Shown: positions 14,304 to 27,461, numbered from the whole stretch's first letter. The stretch: DNA of 63,840 bases, filler included, from Octopus bimaculoides (GCF_001194135.2; 6 parts of 5 records of this genome joined end to end with filler, not necessarily neighbours in it); one strand, 5' to 3'. Program-made: numbers and translations. The notes: generated by a model not told the origin, from the letters alone.

Positions 14304-15119
14304 GATCTTTCACGAGATATTTTATATTAAATATTCCATATTTTCTATATGCCGTAAACGTGAAATCCATTCTGCCTCCTTATTCATAACCATAGCTCCG
14401 ACTACCTACTGAGTTGTGCTCTGTAAGTGATTAAGCATCGTTCAGGACTAGGCTTGTATGCACATATATATGAACATACATATACATTCATATGTATATA
14501 CACAAATATATACATCGTGAACTCACCTGTTGTAGAGGACAACATGTACAGTTGGTTTGTATATAGTGCTCAAACGATTGTGCAGTACGTCAGCTCTCCC
14601 TGTCTCTCTCCATTAAATAAACATCACCTGTACAGGTGTACGGCATGCCACACGTCAGATATCTGACACACAGAACCTACTGAGATGAAGCGTTTTGCTC
14701 TTCAACACAACTGTCGACCATACATACATAAATACATACATATACACATACATATACAGATACATAAACCCATACATGTCTAGAGACATACACACAAATA
14801 AACCACAGAAGAAAGAGAAGCTGTTATGCAGTACCCGTGTCTGCAAGAAATAGCAGGTGTAAATCATACCCTACCTAGCAAGTACAAACAATAACGAATA
14901 CAGTATCCAGACAGTGTTTTTCACATTTATTGAAGGCTGTGATTTGAAGGAAATTGAGTTACTATTTCTGATATATCAATCAACATTATAAATGCTTTGT
15001 CTTTGTTTTGCTTTGTGTTTTCGAGTGTTGGCCAATATCAATTGAATTCGATCCCGTCGCGCCTCGCTTTTGGATCTAATTGCAGATGCGTGTACGGAAT
15101 CGTCAGGAGGGGAGGAAGT

Positions 15120-15750
15120 AGAAGAAGAAGGTAAGCATGGCGATGAGAATGATGATGCTAATGAGTGTAATGATAGTATGAGGAAGGAGAGGTGGGGTTG
15201 ATGTTGATGATGATGATGATAATTTCCATGATGTTGATGATAATTGTGATGACGACGGCGATAATGGTAATGAAGATGATGATGATGATGACGGAGAAGA
15301 AAACAACGTTCTGTCAGTGATGGTCATGGTATTGGAAGAGGCGCCTCTACGCCTTCTAGTGCCGTCGCTGCCGTTACTGTTGTCGTGGCTGTTGCTGATG
15401 GTGACGACAACGACGACGACGACGACGACGATGATGATGATGATGATGATGATGTTGATGATGAGTATGATGAGGATGATGATGATGATGGTGATGAGGA
15501 TGATGTTGATGATGAGGATGATGGGGATGATTATGACGATGACGATGATGAGGATGATGGTGATGAGGATGATGATGATGAGGATGATGCTGATGATGTT
15601 GGAGGTGGTGGTGGTGGTGGTGGTGGTGGTGGTGGTGGTGGTGGTGATGATGATATGTTAATGACAAAGATGATGACGATGATGCAATGCTGATTATGAT
15701 GATATTAATGTTAACCACGGTGATGACGATGATGATGACACTGATGATGG

Positions 15751-15798
<48 letters not shown>

Positions 15799-16258
15799 CG
15801 ACGACGCCGATGATGATTATGATAATGATGATGATGACGGTGATGATAATGATGATGATGATGATAACGACGCTGTAGTGTTGCCATTGTTGTGAAAGCG
15901 AAGGATGCCACAACAGCGACTTTTTTGCCAATCTCTGCTAGAGTCACACCACGTGATGCAGCTTGTTCATTATTCTCTCGCCAAGGCACCACACGCACCA
16001 ATCAGAACCTAGAGCTATAGCGGAAGTAAAGCGTACAGCGACAACAGCAACATCAACAACCGAGAACAATAAAAATATGAATTGGTGTCGGCGAGAGAAA
16101 ACAAACCGAAACCGACACATGCAGTTCCAGAACCAACCGCCGTCACCACCACCACCACCACTACCACCACCAGCAACAGCAGCACCACCACCACTACCAC
16201 CACTACCACCACCACCACCACCACCATTACCACCACCATTACCACCGCCACCACCATT
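15120..16258. repeat. Long compound (GAT)n/(GAC)n/(GGT)n array (15120-15875) and (ACC)n array (16140-16258)
   Basis: Read directly; the poly-D/M/H/P/G ORFs come from these arrays. Confidence 0.95.
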
Positions 16259-16934
16259 NNNNNNNNNNNNNNNNNNNNNNNNNNNNNNNNNNNNNNNNNN
16301 NNNNNNNNNNNNNNNNNNNNNNNNNNNNNNNNNNNNNNNNNNNNNNNNNNNNNNNNNNNNNNNNNNNNNNNNNNNNNNNNNNNNNNNNNNNNNNNNNNNN
16401 NNNNNNNNNNNNNNNNNNNNNNNNNNNNNNNNNNNNNNNNNNNNNNNNNNNNNNNNNNNNNNNNNNNNNNNNNNNNNNNNNNNNNNNNNNNNNNNNNNNN
16501 NNNNNNNNNNNNNNNNNNNNNNNNNNNNNNNNNNNNNNNNNACCATCTCTAACACTACTACCACCCGCCACTACGACCACTACGATGACAACGACGACGA
16601 TAAGGTTTGCTGACTCCGTCATCAAAAACCAACATGGCTGCTGCGATAGCTACAACATAGGCACGCATGCATGCGTACATACATACGCATACACACAATA
16701 TTTTCCGTAAACATCGCTTTTATTATTGCTACCGAAATACCTTCACAAGGTGCAAAGATACCTTCGCATTCTCTACGATCACCACCAGGCGAGCGTGTAT
16801 ATATCTCCGCGTGCGCGTGTGCATTAATACGGCTATATATATATGACTGTCCGCCAGTCTTTCAATCTCTCTCTCACTCTCTCACTCTCTCCTTCCTCCC
16901 TCTCTCTCTCTTCCCCTCCTCTCTCACTTTATAC

Positions 16935-16997
<63 letters not shown>

Positions 16998-17739
16998 CTG
17001 TGTATATAAATATAGATTCATATGCTTGTATACAATACACACACACACACGCACATATACATATCTAAATACACGCGCACACACACAAATACGTGCACAC
17101 ATGTATATAAATGCATCGTATAGAAATATTTATTCAATCGTGTATGTATACTANNNNNNNNNNNNNNNNNNNNNNNNNNNNNNNNNNNNNNNNNNNNNNN
17201 NNNNNNNNNNNNNNNNNNNNNNNNNNNNNNNNNNNNNNNNNNNNNNNNNNNNNNNNNATATATATATATATATATATATACGTACACATACACACAAACA
17301 CAATAAACAAATATACACTAATATATACAACTAAAAACAAATGCAAAACATACATCTGCCGATTATTCTAATTTACAAATCTAAAACTCGAATATCAAAG
17401 TGCCAGAGGAGGAGGACATTGGCAGGAAGAGAAGCTTAACCATTCCAGTAAATGCATGGCAGAGCAACAATGGTAACAGCAGGAACTAAAGTTGGAACAG
17501 CGTGTTTCCAGAAATCCGGAGCATTCTATCAGATGGCTCCTGTAATAGGTGACGCCATATTGGGAAGACTATTGTATAATGACTGAATTTCGGGAGTGAT
17601 GTAAGAGTGGTTATGTGGGACAGAAGGCGAATTATATATATATACTCACACATATACATATATGTATGTATAGATTTATACACATACGTGTGCGTGTGTG
17701 TGTATGGATGCCTGTACATCTTCAAGTACATATGTTTTA

Positions 17740-18645
17740 TGATCGCCAAATTTGCTTTGATGATGTTAGAAACGTTTTGGTGATGCGGATTGTTTGCTAC
17801 TAGAAATGGTATTGTGTTCCTTTGATGGGTTCGTCTTTTTCGTGTTGCTCTAAGTTGTTCTCCAGGTATCTCTTTTGCTCGTTGTATGCTATTTTCTACA
17901 AGTAGGAGAGGGTAATTTTGCTTTAACAGAATTCCTTTGTGTTCCATAAGTCGTGTGTTTCTGGTATCTGGATTATCGACTATAGTACAAATGTTCCTGG
18001 CTAGACAGTACGGGATGTCGCGTTTTGTGTATGTTGGGTGGCATGATGTGTAATTTATGTACTGGTATCTGTGCTTTTGTAATAAATATCAGTTGTGATT
18101 GTGGTGTTGTTTCTAATTACCATTAAGTCAAGAAATGGTAACTGTGTGCTGCTCATTTCGCTTGTGAATTTAAGACTAGGGTGTAGATTATTGAGGAGGA
18201 TGCTGAATTCTTCCAGATTTTCTAGGGATCTGGTCCAAATTAGGAAACAATCATCGAGGCACCTTTTCTATGTGTACTTTGTATGTCTTTTAAAGGTCAT
18301 GCCGTAGTCCTCTTAATTTTTTTATAGGTTTCGTTCCAAGTAGCCCAATACTGAGTTCACGAAAACTGGAGCATATTGCGTCCTCATAGCTGTGCCTCAA
18401 ATTTGAAGGTATTTTATTCCACTGTAAAGGAATGTATTGTTTTCGGGGATAACGCTGTGCGCGTCTAGTATGAAGGTTTCACTAAATATACTGGAGATCG
18501 TTTCTCTATGTTTCTCAACCCAGTATTTTATGGCAGTAAGTTCCAAATCATGTGGAATGTTTGTATATAAATTTGTTACATCAAAACTAACAGTGAATTG
18601 GATTTTGTTGTTTTGAGCAGATGTGAGAGGAAGTCGATGTATGAG
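17740..18645 (-). mobile_element. Penelope-like retroelement RT and thumb fragment (degraded)
   Basis: VSFDVTNLYTNIPHD, ENNTFLYSGIKYLQI, GTAMRTQYAP, CLDDCFLIW, LHPSLKFTSE, LPFLDLMV, SCHPTYTKRDIPYCLAR and IPFLVANNP appear in the correct order across frameshifts. Confidence 0.92.
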
Positions 18646-18820
18646 AAAAGAAAGAAAATGGAGAAATTGACATGCAAATATCAGTTTATTCAAAGATACA
18701 CACATACATATAATGAAATTCCAGTCCTACAGCTGTTTCCATACCAAATTACTGAAATTAGTACAATTACAGAAATTAAATTAAGTTAATTTAAGTTAAA
18801 TTTTCATATTGAAACTGGTT

Positions 18821-19996
18821 AATTGGGTAAATGTAAATTATGCGCTCCTTCATTTTCTACAATGCTCTTCCATCTATCTGGTAGACTTGCAAGGCCCCTC
18901 TTCCAAAACCCACTTGTCCGTGAATAAAAATACTCCTCCAGTAATATCCTGACCTCGTCTAAAAAAATTCATATTCTTTCCCTTCAAATCATTGTGAAGA
19001 CTGCGGAATAAATGATAATTAAGTGGGGCAATGTCCGACATACATGGTGGGTGAGGCATCGTTGCCTATTCAAGTTGTTCCAGCGTTTGGAATGTCATCC
19101 TCGCTGTATACGGTCCGAGATTATCCTGATGGAAGAGCATCTTTCGTCTTGGAACCAAAGATGGTCGTTTTTCTTCTACTGCTCACTTAAGGCGCTGAAG
19201 CTGCTCGCAGTAGTTCTCCTTTGTTATCGTTTGGTTTGGGTTTAAACGTTCAAAGTGGACTAAACTTTTTATATCCCATCAAACAGATAACAACACTTTA
19301 CGTGGGTGAAGAATTTCTCTAGCCTGGGTTGCCCTTTCCCTCCCCACTGTCTTCGGCACTTGACATTTTTATAGAGAACCCGTTTCTCGTCACCAGTCAT
19401 TATTCGGTCCAAGAAAGGTTCATTCGTGAGACGTGGCAGCAAAGAAGAGCACACATTCACTCTCTGCGCGCGATTAGACTTGTAAAGTTTGTGAGGAACT
19501 CATTGACCCAATTTACTGACTTACCGATGGCACGCAGGTGTCGATGAATGGTTGAATAACCAAATCGAAGCTTCTCTGCTAGTTCCTCAACAGTTATCAT
19601 GGCATTTTGTTCCACCAGAGTTTGCAGAGCGTCCTCGTTGAGCACTACAGATATTCCAGGATGAAGTTCGTATTCTAGGATGTAGTTTCTGGCTCGGAAT
19701 TTCTGGAACCACCGCTGACATCGGCTTACGCTTATTGTCTAATCCCCATATACTGCATTAATATTCCTCGCACTTTACGTTGCGTTCCCGAATATGCTCC
19801 TTTGTCACTTCCATTATAGCTTCGAAAAAATAACTGTTAAGATCGAACTGCACTCTTCAGACCTTGCACTAAGAATAGAGAACAAGGTAAACTTACTACC
19901 TGCTTTTATAGCAAGTTGATGCAGGTAGTTTATCCCGTTCCTCGCCATGTTTTACTTCATAGAATTGAAAAAAACTGCATTATTTATGTGATGACC

Positions 19997-20003
<7 letters not shown>
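18821..20003 (-). mobile_element. Near full-length degraded mariner transposon
   Basis: ATG at 19814 (MEVTKEHIR), RWFQKFR, TVEELAEKL, RIMTGDEKRVLY (TGDEKW motif) and PHPPCMSDIAPLNYHLFRSL (YSPDLAPSDYHLF motif). TIR-like end 'tgcattatttatgtgatgacccaaca' beside TA at about 20002; left TIR decayed. Confidence 0.92.
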
Positions 20004-20068
<65 letters not shown>

Positions 20069-20089
20069 AAGACAGACAGACAGATAGAC

Positions 20090-20132
<43 letters not shown>

Positions 20133-20489
20133 TAGGCAGACAGGCAGGCAGGCAGTATTGCAAGTGTTTCTATTTATGCACACGCATGTATAAATAATAC
20201 ACATGGTGTAGATGCATGTGCGTTTGTTGCATGTGCAAACGTGTGCATTTCAAGATTTTGTAGGCGAGCATTCATATAACTGGATTAGTTTATTCACACT
20301 CCATCCAGAACAGATACACTTGTCGTCGACGGCCACGAGGCACCACCCTAGAAGTATGTCCACACATCATTATGTCACCTTCTTTCATGACACCCACGTT
20401 AATTGGCTGTCTTTTGCTCACGTGTCTGCATCGATTGTTCCGGAAGTTACTGCACTACGTAGGCAGTTTCCCGTGTCATTGAACTCTTT

Positions 20490-20491
20490 GG

Positions 20492-20522
<31 letters not shown>

Positions 20523-20640
20523 ACTGTTGTTGCTGTTGTTGTTGTTCTTGCTGCTGTTGTTGTTCGTCATCTTTATCATCATCATCATCATCATCATCAT
20601 CGTTATCGTCATCATTTTCTTACCACCACCGCCGCCGCCG

Positions 20641-20713
<73 letters not shown>

Positions 20714-20750
20714 AAGTAGTATTCGTAGTACTAGTAGCAGTACTACCACC
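20490..20750. repeat. Compound (GTT)n/(ATC)n/(CCG)n/(CTA)n microsatellite
   Basis: Read directly. Confidence 0.95.
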
Positions 20751-20780
20751 ACTATATGCGGATGGGATTATATACACATG

Positions 20781-20880
20781 NNNNNNNNNNNNNNNNNNNN
20801 NNNNNNNNNNNNNNNNNNNNNNNNTTAATTAATTAANNNNNNNNNNNNNNNNNNNNNNNNNNNNNNNNNNNNNNNNNNNN
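20781..20880. other. Assembly placeholder gap: 44 N + TTAATTAATTAA + 44 N (also 26672-26771, 33318-33417, 56437-56536 and 59026-59125)
   Basis: Identical 100-bp construction at five sites; the 12-mer gives stop codons in all six frames. Confidence 0.97.
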
Positions 20881-21419
20881 CAGGTATGTGCATACCGACA
20901 GCCACCTGTATGTATAGGTGCATATCTGGGTACAGGACATTGCAAACAAAACGTAGACGAGAAAACACACAAGCCACATAGAGAACATTCTACTTCATCA
21001 GCTACCCACGTTTTAACACCGGCGTTTCGAAGAGCTTGGGCAGGACGCATCGTTAAAACGGCTCATCCCATGGACCGCAGATTAAATTTGTATACACAAA
21101 TTAAATCTTGCCATGGAGGAATGTAGTGGCGGACAAAAAAACAAGACAGGAAAACAAACAGAAAAGGCTTTACGGTCAGACGAGAAAAAATATGTGTGTA
21201 TGAACGCTGTGAGGCACGAACTTGAAAGTAGGGACGAAGTGAGTTCACGTGTTTGCTCGGCGATAGCCAAGGAAGAAAAGGATTATTGACCGGAATACTG
21301 ATAATGATGATTCACACAAAAAAAATAATAATAATTGAAGCCTGAGAACTTGATGCCAAAAGGAGAGGGTACGATGCTATAGAAGGGGAATAACAGTGCT
21401 TTGACAATAAGGTTCTTCA

Positions 21420-21610
21420 TTGACAGTGAAGTTGTTATTGGTCAGTCGTGACTGAGATGCTCTAGCTTTGACCAGCTTGTTTATATATTTATCTACTTTT
21501 TAAGGGACACTGTATGTAGAACTATATCACTAACTGTATCCAGTGTTTTTTTTTTTAACGGTATGGAAGGATTTGAGGGACATTTGGCTGTTATTTCTAG
21601 CAGGTTGAGC
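21420..21610 (-). repeat. Unclassified interspersed repeat 'F'; other copies at about 23845-24020, 24060-24250 and 31465-31620 (+)
   Basis: Shared segments 'tagaaa(c/t)a(g/a)ca(g/a)(c/t)caa', 'agtcac(g/a)gc..gaa.gcctttga' and 'ctaaacaaca' among the copies; all heavily diverged. Confidence 0.4.
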
Positions 21611-22661
21611 AGAGAATTACAAAGTTGATGTTCCGACACCGCATGGAGTGAATAGTAAAAGAGAACAAATAGCTGTTTTGCGGACAAGGTTGGCAGTTTC
21701 CATGAGTCTCTCTATGTAGTCGTTATATTTATGTCCAAATTTATTATGTCATTAAATAAGTTTGTGCATCTGGTATTCATCTATGAGAGAGGATAGGGCC
21801 TGGCAGCACCCTTCCATAGAAAATACTTTCAACAATCCAGTAGCTCATATTTTAAAATAAATTTGAAGACTCAAATATATATTTGGAGTGATTGGAGCGA
21901 TCATTTGTAGTCTAAAAGCATCGCACACAATAAAGTCTGTTAAATGTTCTTAAATAATATCATTGACTTGAGTTATTTTTATTTTATCAGAATAATAAAA
22001 TGGGAGTTTATGACAAAGAGATTCATCTGTAGACTGTCGAAAAGGTTCAATTCGTAACAGTCATGCCTTCCTTGGTCGTATATTTACATACTATCACATA
22101 AACGGCAGGGAAGTAATCAAAATAAAATATGGTAAAAGTAAAACTATAAACATCAAATATATGTAAATATGGTGAGTTATATATAAAGTTTAAAACATTT
22201 ATAGTTTAAAAGAGAAAAAGAATTAATTTCAATACAAACCAGAATAGACAACGAACCGCCTGTCATAGCCGCCATTTTCAAGTTTGAATTAGGCTAATCT
22301 CACTTACAAAAGAGTTCTTTTACAAATACGACGGTAACGTTTTAAGGGAAATAACTCACATTTCTAAGAGTTGCCTCTCTTACAAAAAATTAAAACTGAT
22401 GTTTCACATGGTAATTTGGAAATGCCTATGAGATAATACGTGTTCCAAGAAACATTATTCTAGTCAAGCATTAGTCACACACTCCTGTCTTAGATGATGC
22501 AGACCTAGTTACTTTATTGTGTTTTAGGAGAATCATTGTGCCGTTTATAATAACACACGCACAGGTTCAATTCTACTTCATTATTAACAAGATTATGGCT
22601 GAGCCTGTTGCAGTGGAGGCCACCGGCGTTCTTGGCGCCTGGATCATATCCCTGCTCACCG

Positions 22662-22808
22662 CTATTTCTGAGTTCAAATTCCACCGAGGTCGACTTTGCC
22701 CTTCGTTCTTTCGGGACCGATAAAACAACTACAATTTGAGCACTGGTATCAATGTAGTCGACTTAGCCATTCCTGAATTTGCAGACCTTGAACCAAAATT
22801 CGAAACCA
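22662..22808 (+). mobile_element. SINE family A, 5'-truncated (left arm of an inverted pair)
   Basis: 'ctgagttcaaattccaccgaggtcgactttgccc...gaccttgaaccaaaattcgaaacc'. Confidence 0.88.
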
Positions 22809-22974
22809 GTTTTACCGTTAGCCTCCATCATAGCTTTGATTTAGCATACTCATGACTCATCGGCATTTCGGCCATGCCCATTACGTTATTCTTTTTTTTT
22901 TTTTTCATGCCTTTTCTATCTACGAGTATATTATAAAACATGTCGTTCTTTTTTTCATTTTTAACACGGTAAAG

Positions 22975-23124
22975 AATAAGACCTCTTATGGCTAAGGAAT
23001 GGCTAAGTCGACAACATTGATACCAGTGCTCAAATTGTAGTTGTTTTATCGACCCCGAAAAAATGAAGGGCAACGTTGACTTCGGTGGAATTTGAACTCA
23101 GAAAATAAAGACGGACGAAATACC
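22975..23124 (-). mobile_element. SINE family A (right arm of the inverted pair)
   Basis: Reverse complement of 22995-23104 matches 22665-22774 at 102 of 110 positions (counted by eye). Confidence 0.88.
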
Positions 23125-23134
23125 TATTTCTTTA

Positions 23135-23433
23135 ATGCCCACAAGGGGTTATACACAGAGAGGACAAACAAGGACAGACAAACAGATTAAGCCGATTATA
23201 TCGACCCCAGTGTGTAACTGCTACTTAATTTATCGACCCCGAAAGGATGAAAGGCAAAGTCGACCTCGGCGGAATTTGAACTCAGAACGTAGCGGCAGAC
23301 GAAATACCGCTAAGCATTTCGCCCGGCGTGCTAACGCTTCTGCCAGCTTGCCGTCTTATGTTAAATTCTCTTACTTTTATTCTTTTACTTGTTTCAGTCA
23401 GTTGACTGCGGCCATGCTGGAGTACCGCCTTTA
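23135..23433 (-). mobile_element. SINE family A (23135-23357) followed by a family C 'B' tail fragment (23367-23433)
   Basis: Matches 3434-3658 and the reverse complement of 7820-7892, respectively. Confidence 0.9.
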
Positions 23434-24822
23434 AGATATTAATAATATTAACAATGGATATGATAAAGTTGTCGAAATACAATGCAAAAGGGTGGAAGTA
23501 CATAGAAGAGATATGCTGCTATTTGTTTATAAAGAAATATGTTGCTATTCTTTTATAAAGTTTGTAAAGAAATAGTCAGTTTACTTAAGCTGAACCTAAG
23601 ATTAATTAAACTGAGCTAATTACTATTTTATGACGAACCTTAGAGCCATGAAAGAGCATAACTTAAAAAAGATTAAAGATATTCTAATATTGTGTAGTGT
23701 ATGTGATAATTTATAGACCAGTGGGGGAGTTTCTAATTAAGTCTAATTGAATTGATATAATTACCGGTTTGCAGTATATTTTAAAAACAAATAAACTCTA
23801 TACTTTACAATATTTGTAGATTAGTGGGGGTGGTTTCGAAGTTGGTTAGAAATAACAACCAAGAAAGCATCAAATCACCCTGCTATCTTAAATTAAGGAC
23901 GATACATTGGAAAATATAATTCTAAATACTGATAGAGTGACTAACGAGATAGTCACGGCGGAAACGCCTTTGAAATTATATCTGCTTGATGAAGTTTATT
24001 GGGCTAAACAACATCAACAGCATCTTAATGTACGAATTAACTTGGGATCCCCAACGTAATCGCTCCATCTGCTTGAATATAAACTAAATGTCCCACAAAT
24101 CATACCTTAATGCCTTGAAAACACGGTCATGTTGGATAATATACGTTTGGGTTCATTGAACATAGGGAAAAGACAGAGTAGTCACAGCTGGAATGCCTTT
24201 GATTATACCGGGCAGGTCGGACTGAGAACGAAACAACAAAGGCAACAACAATTTCTGGAGATTGGTATGACAATTTTCCCGTTCTGTGGCGGTAGGCCCC
24301 TCATCGGAAATGCCACATGCTGTGATACCTTCTCCAGCGACTACTTGGTATGATAAGCAACAAGCTCAGGCTCCACTGCTGTTCAGGCTGAGAAAAACAA
24401 ATTGTCAAGGTATTATTCGCTCTCCGACATGTTTATGAGCCCGTGACAACGGAGACCGCTGGTGTTNNNNNNNNNNNNNNNNNNNNNNNNNNNNNNNNNN
24501 NNNNNNNNNNNNNNNNNNNNNNNNNNNNNNNNNNNNNNNNNNNNNNNNNNNNNNNNNNNNNNNNNNNNNNNNNNNNNNNNNNNNNNNNNNNNNNNNNNNN
24601 NNNNNNNNNNNNNNNNNNNNNNNNNNNNNNNNNNNNNNNNNNNNNNNNNNNNNNNNNNNNNNNNNNNNNNNNNNNNNNNNNNNNNNNNNNNNNNNNNNNN
24701 NNNNNNNNNNNNNNNNNNNNNNNNNNNNNNNNNNNNNNNNNNNNNNNNNNNNNNNNNNNNNNNNNNNNNNNNNNNNNNNNNNNNNNNNNNNNNNNNNNNN
24801 NNNNNNNNNNNNNNNNNNNNNN

Positions 24823-24853
<31 letters not shown>

Positions 24854-25565
24854 ATATGACTTAAGTTATAGAACGAAGTTCGAAGTTCGGCAAATTCAAT
24901 CATGTTTATCGTAAGCGGAAGAGATCAGATGTCAATGTGGAATAAAATATGTTTTAATTCATATATATAAGAGTGTATAAAGATTTATACACAGAGAGAA
25001 GACCCATGACAGGACTTCTTACATGCTAAAAAGGGAAGTTAAACCCAAACCACCAAAATAATTCTTAATGGAAGTTGTTAACGGCACTAGAATGAATAAA
25101 ACAAAAAAATAGTTAATCCCATACTCGAGTTTCTCTATTAATGACCAAATAAGTTAGTCATTCATAGTTCATTAGTGGGATCGCTAAAGAATGGAAAATT
25201 AAGTAGCTTAATACTTACCGAAAACCCATATGCAAGATAACTCCAATTTTCTACATTATGAATTCAAATTTAGTGCGCAATAGTAGTCAAATAGCACAGC
25301 AGTAGATAAATTTAAACTGTGTATTATATGGCCTCAGAATTGGAACATTTTACTGGGTAAATTATGAGGGTCAAAAATTGAGATAATTTATTACCATATT
25401 TATTTTACGAGCAAATACGAACATTTCAAGATGCAAAAAGAAAGAAAAGAAATAAATAATCAGCTCTGGCTTCGAAGTGACGTGTAACATTCTGGGAAAG
25501 TCAGGGAAAATGTTATTACTGTTACCTTAGCTTGCGGTCAATTTTACACTTTTGTGTACAGTCTG

Positions 25566-25673
25566 AACCTAACCCTAACACTAACACTAATTTTACCCCA
25601 AAACCATGAACTCTAAACCTAACCTTAAATCCAACCTAAACTGTAGCCCTAAGCATAACCCTAATCCCAACCC
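25566..25673 (+). repeat. Degenerate (CCCTAA)n telomere-like tract
   Basis: 'aacctaaccctaacactaacactaa...aaacctaacc...ccctaagcataaccctaatcccaaccc'. Confidence 0.6.
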
Positions 25674-26302
25674 AGATCAGGTTATTTCACAACGTAGACT
25701 ACGAATATTGTGGTAGAATGCATGCCAAGAAGACCAGGAGAGGAATATGTATTGTCGATTGTAGTATTATCAACACATAAATTTAGTACTTTTTTTTTTT
25801 TTATAGTTTTTGGAAGGACGAAAGACAAAGTCAACTCTTGCAGAAGCAATTTTATAGTTTTATTTTTATTTTGTTAATGTTGTTGCGTGTGTTTTTGTTT
25901 GTGCAATACGTTTTCTTTTTTAGCTTGAAATTTTAAAAGTTGGTATCTGTAGAAATGGTGTAGCAAGCGTTCTCTGTGCATTCAGATTAAAATTTTTTTA
26001 AATGACGTCTCAGCGTAAATCGATAGGCATGATGGGCAATAGAAAATCATACCAGAGCCCAAAGTGGCTGTCCTCCCATATCATACCTTCCTTGCTATTT
26101 ATGGTTCTGATCTGCAGGGTAAACAATGGATTGGTGAGTGGTGCTTCGTTGTTCAACTGAGTCCATATTCAATCAGACCCAAGCTAGCGCTAAACAATAA
26201 TGTAGTTTAGTTCGACCTGTAACTGCAATAGCAACAACAGCACCAACAACAACGGCAGCAACAGCAGCAACAACAGCGGCAGCAGCAACAGCTACAACAG
26301 CA

Positions 26303-26344
<42 letters not shown>

Positions 26345-26771
26345 GCTACTGCTATTGCTACTGCTACTACTACTGCTACTGCTATTGCTACTGCTACTGC
26401 TATGCTGCAGTTACGCGACGTGCATGTCAATTAAGACAAATGCATATTAAGCATCTACAAAGAATTATACATTAAAAAAAAAATCTTTATTCTAAGGGAA
26501 ATAACTCTTTAGTATCTTTGAAAAGTTATTTCCCTTAAACGTTTCTTGACCTAAAAGTATTTATTTCGTAGTTTGTGTTTTTCATCATAAGTTGAATTTG
26601 ATTTACGTAAATATATTGAAATATATCAAAAGCCATAACGCCACCCCCCACCCCACACAGATCTAGTTTTANNNNNNNNNNNNNNNNNNNNNNNNNNNNN
26701 NNNNNNNNNNNNNNNTTAATTAATTAANNNNNNNNNNNNNNNNNNNNNNNNNNNNNNNNNNNNNNNNNNNN

Positions 26772-27143
26772 TGTTTTTGAAAGTAATGGTTTTCTGATTG
26801 CAGCCCTCCCGTAAAATCCGGCTTTGTGCAGCTCTTGGCGAACAGTTTTTGTGGAAACTGGGTTCTCGAGGTGAACATTAAGCTCTTCAGTAATTTGGGG
26901 AGCTGTACTTTTGTGATCCTTTCTAATAATTCGCGTAAGAGTCCGTGTCCCTATCTAAAAGTTTTGGTTTTCTTCCGGAGTTTTGTTTCGACGAGGATGT
27001 TTTTCCCTCTTTCTCAAAGGCTGTCATTACTTTCGAGACAGTACTTCTTGTTACACAAAACATTTCGACTGTTTTCGTTACGCTAGCGCCTGCCATACGA
27101 GCACCAACAATTTGACCTCTTGAAAGTCCGATAGATCTGTCAT
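26772..27143 (-). mobile_element. Tc1-like transposase N-terminal fragment (runs into an assembly gap)
   Basis: MTDLSDFQ(R)GQIVGARMAGASVTKTVEMFCVTRSTVSKVMTAFEKEGKTSSSKQNSGRKPKLLDRD: paired-like HTH plus the GRKPK linker typical of Tc1; frameshifted. Confidence 0.88.
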
Positions 27144-27461
27144 TTTAATGAATTTTAATTTCCGTTTTCTAATAATATCTGAAAAGAAACAGAAATTTTA
27201 ACAAAACATATTAAGCAACAGTAATAATAAATCAAAAAACATAAAAATGAACAACCTTTTGTAGCTTTATGTATATTTCAAAATTATGATGCTATGATGC
27301 TAGGTGTTTCTATTACCGCAGCCACTTGGCTGAAACCCATAAATAAAATAAATATATATATAAAGGTAGAGTGTAAACATTGTCGACCACACGTGCTAGT
27401 GTATGTGCTTATCTTGTTCATCAGGCGGCTGCGGTATAGCGCGTTGAGGGTGACTCACTCA

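Noticed and set aside
15385-15693. Poly-Asp/Gly ORF resembling an acidic biomineralisation protein
   Set aside because: It is a pure GAT/GAC/GGT array, open in several frames on both strands, with no signal peptide or splice support.
20825-20836. TTAATTAATTAA palindrome recurring five times
   Set aside because: Always centred in 44 N + 12 + 44 N, so it is a scaffolding placeholder and not biological sequence.
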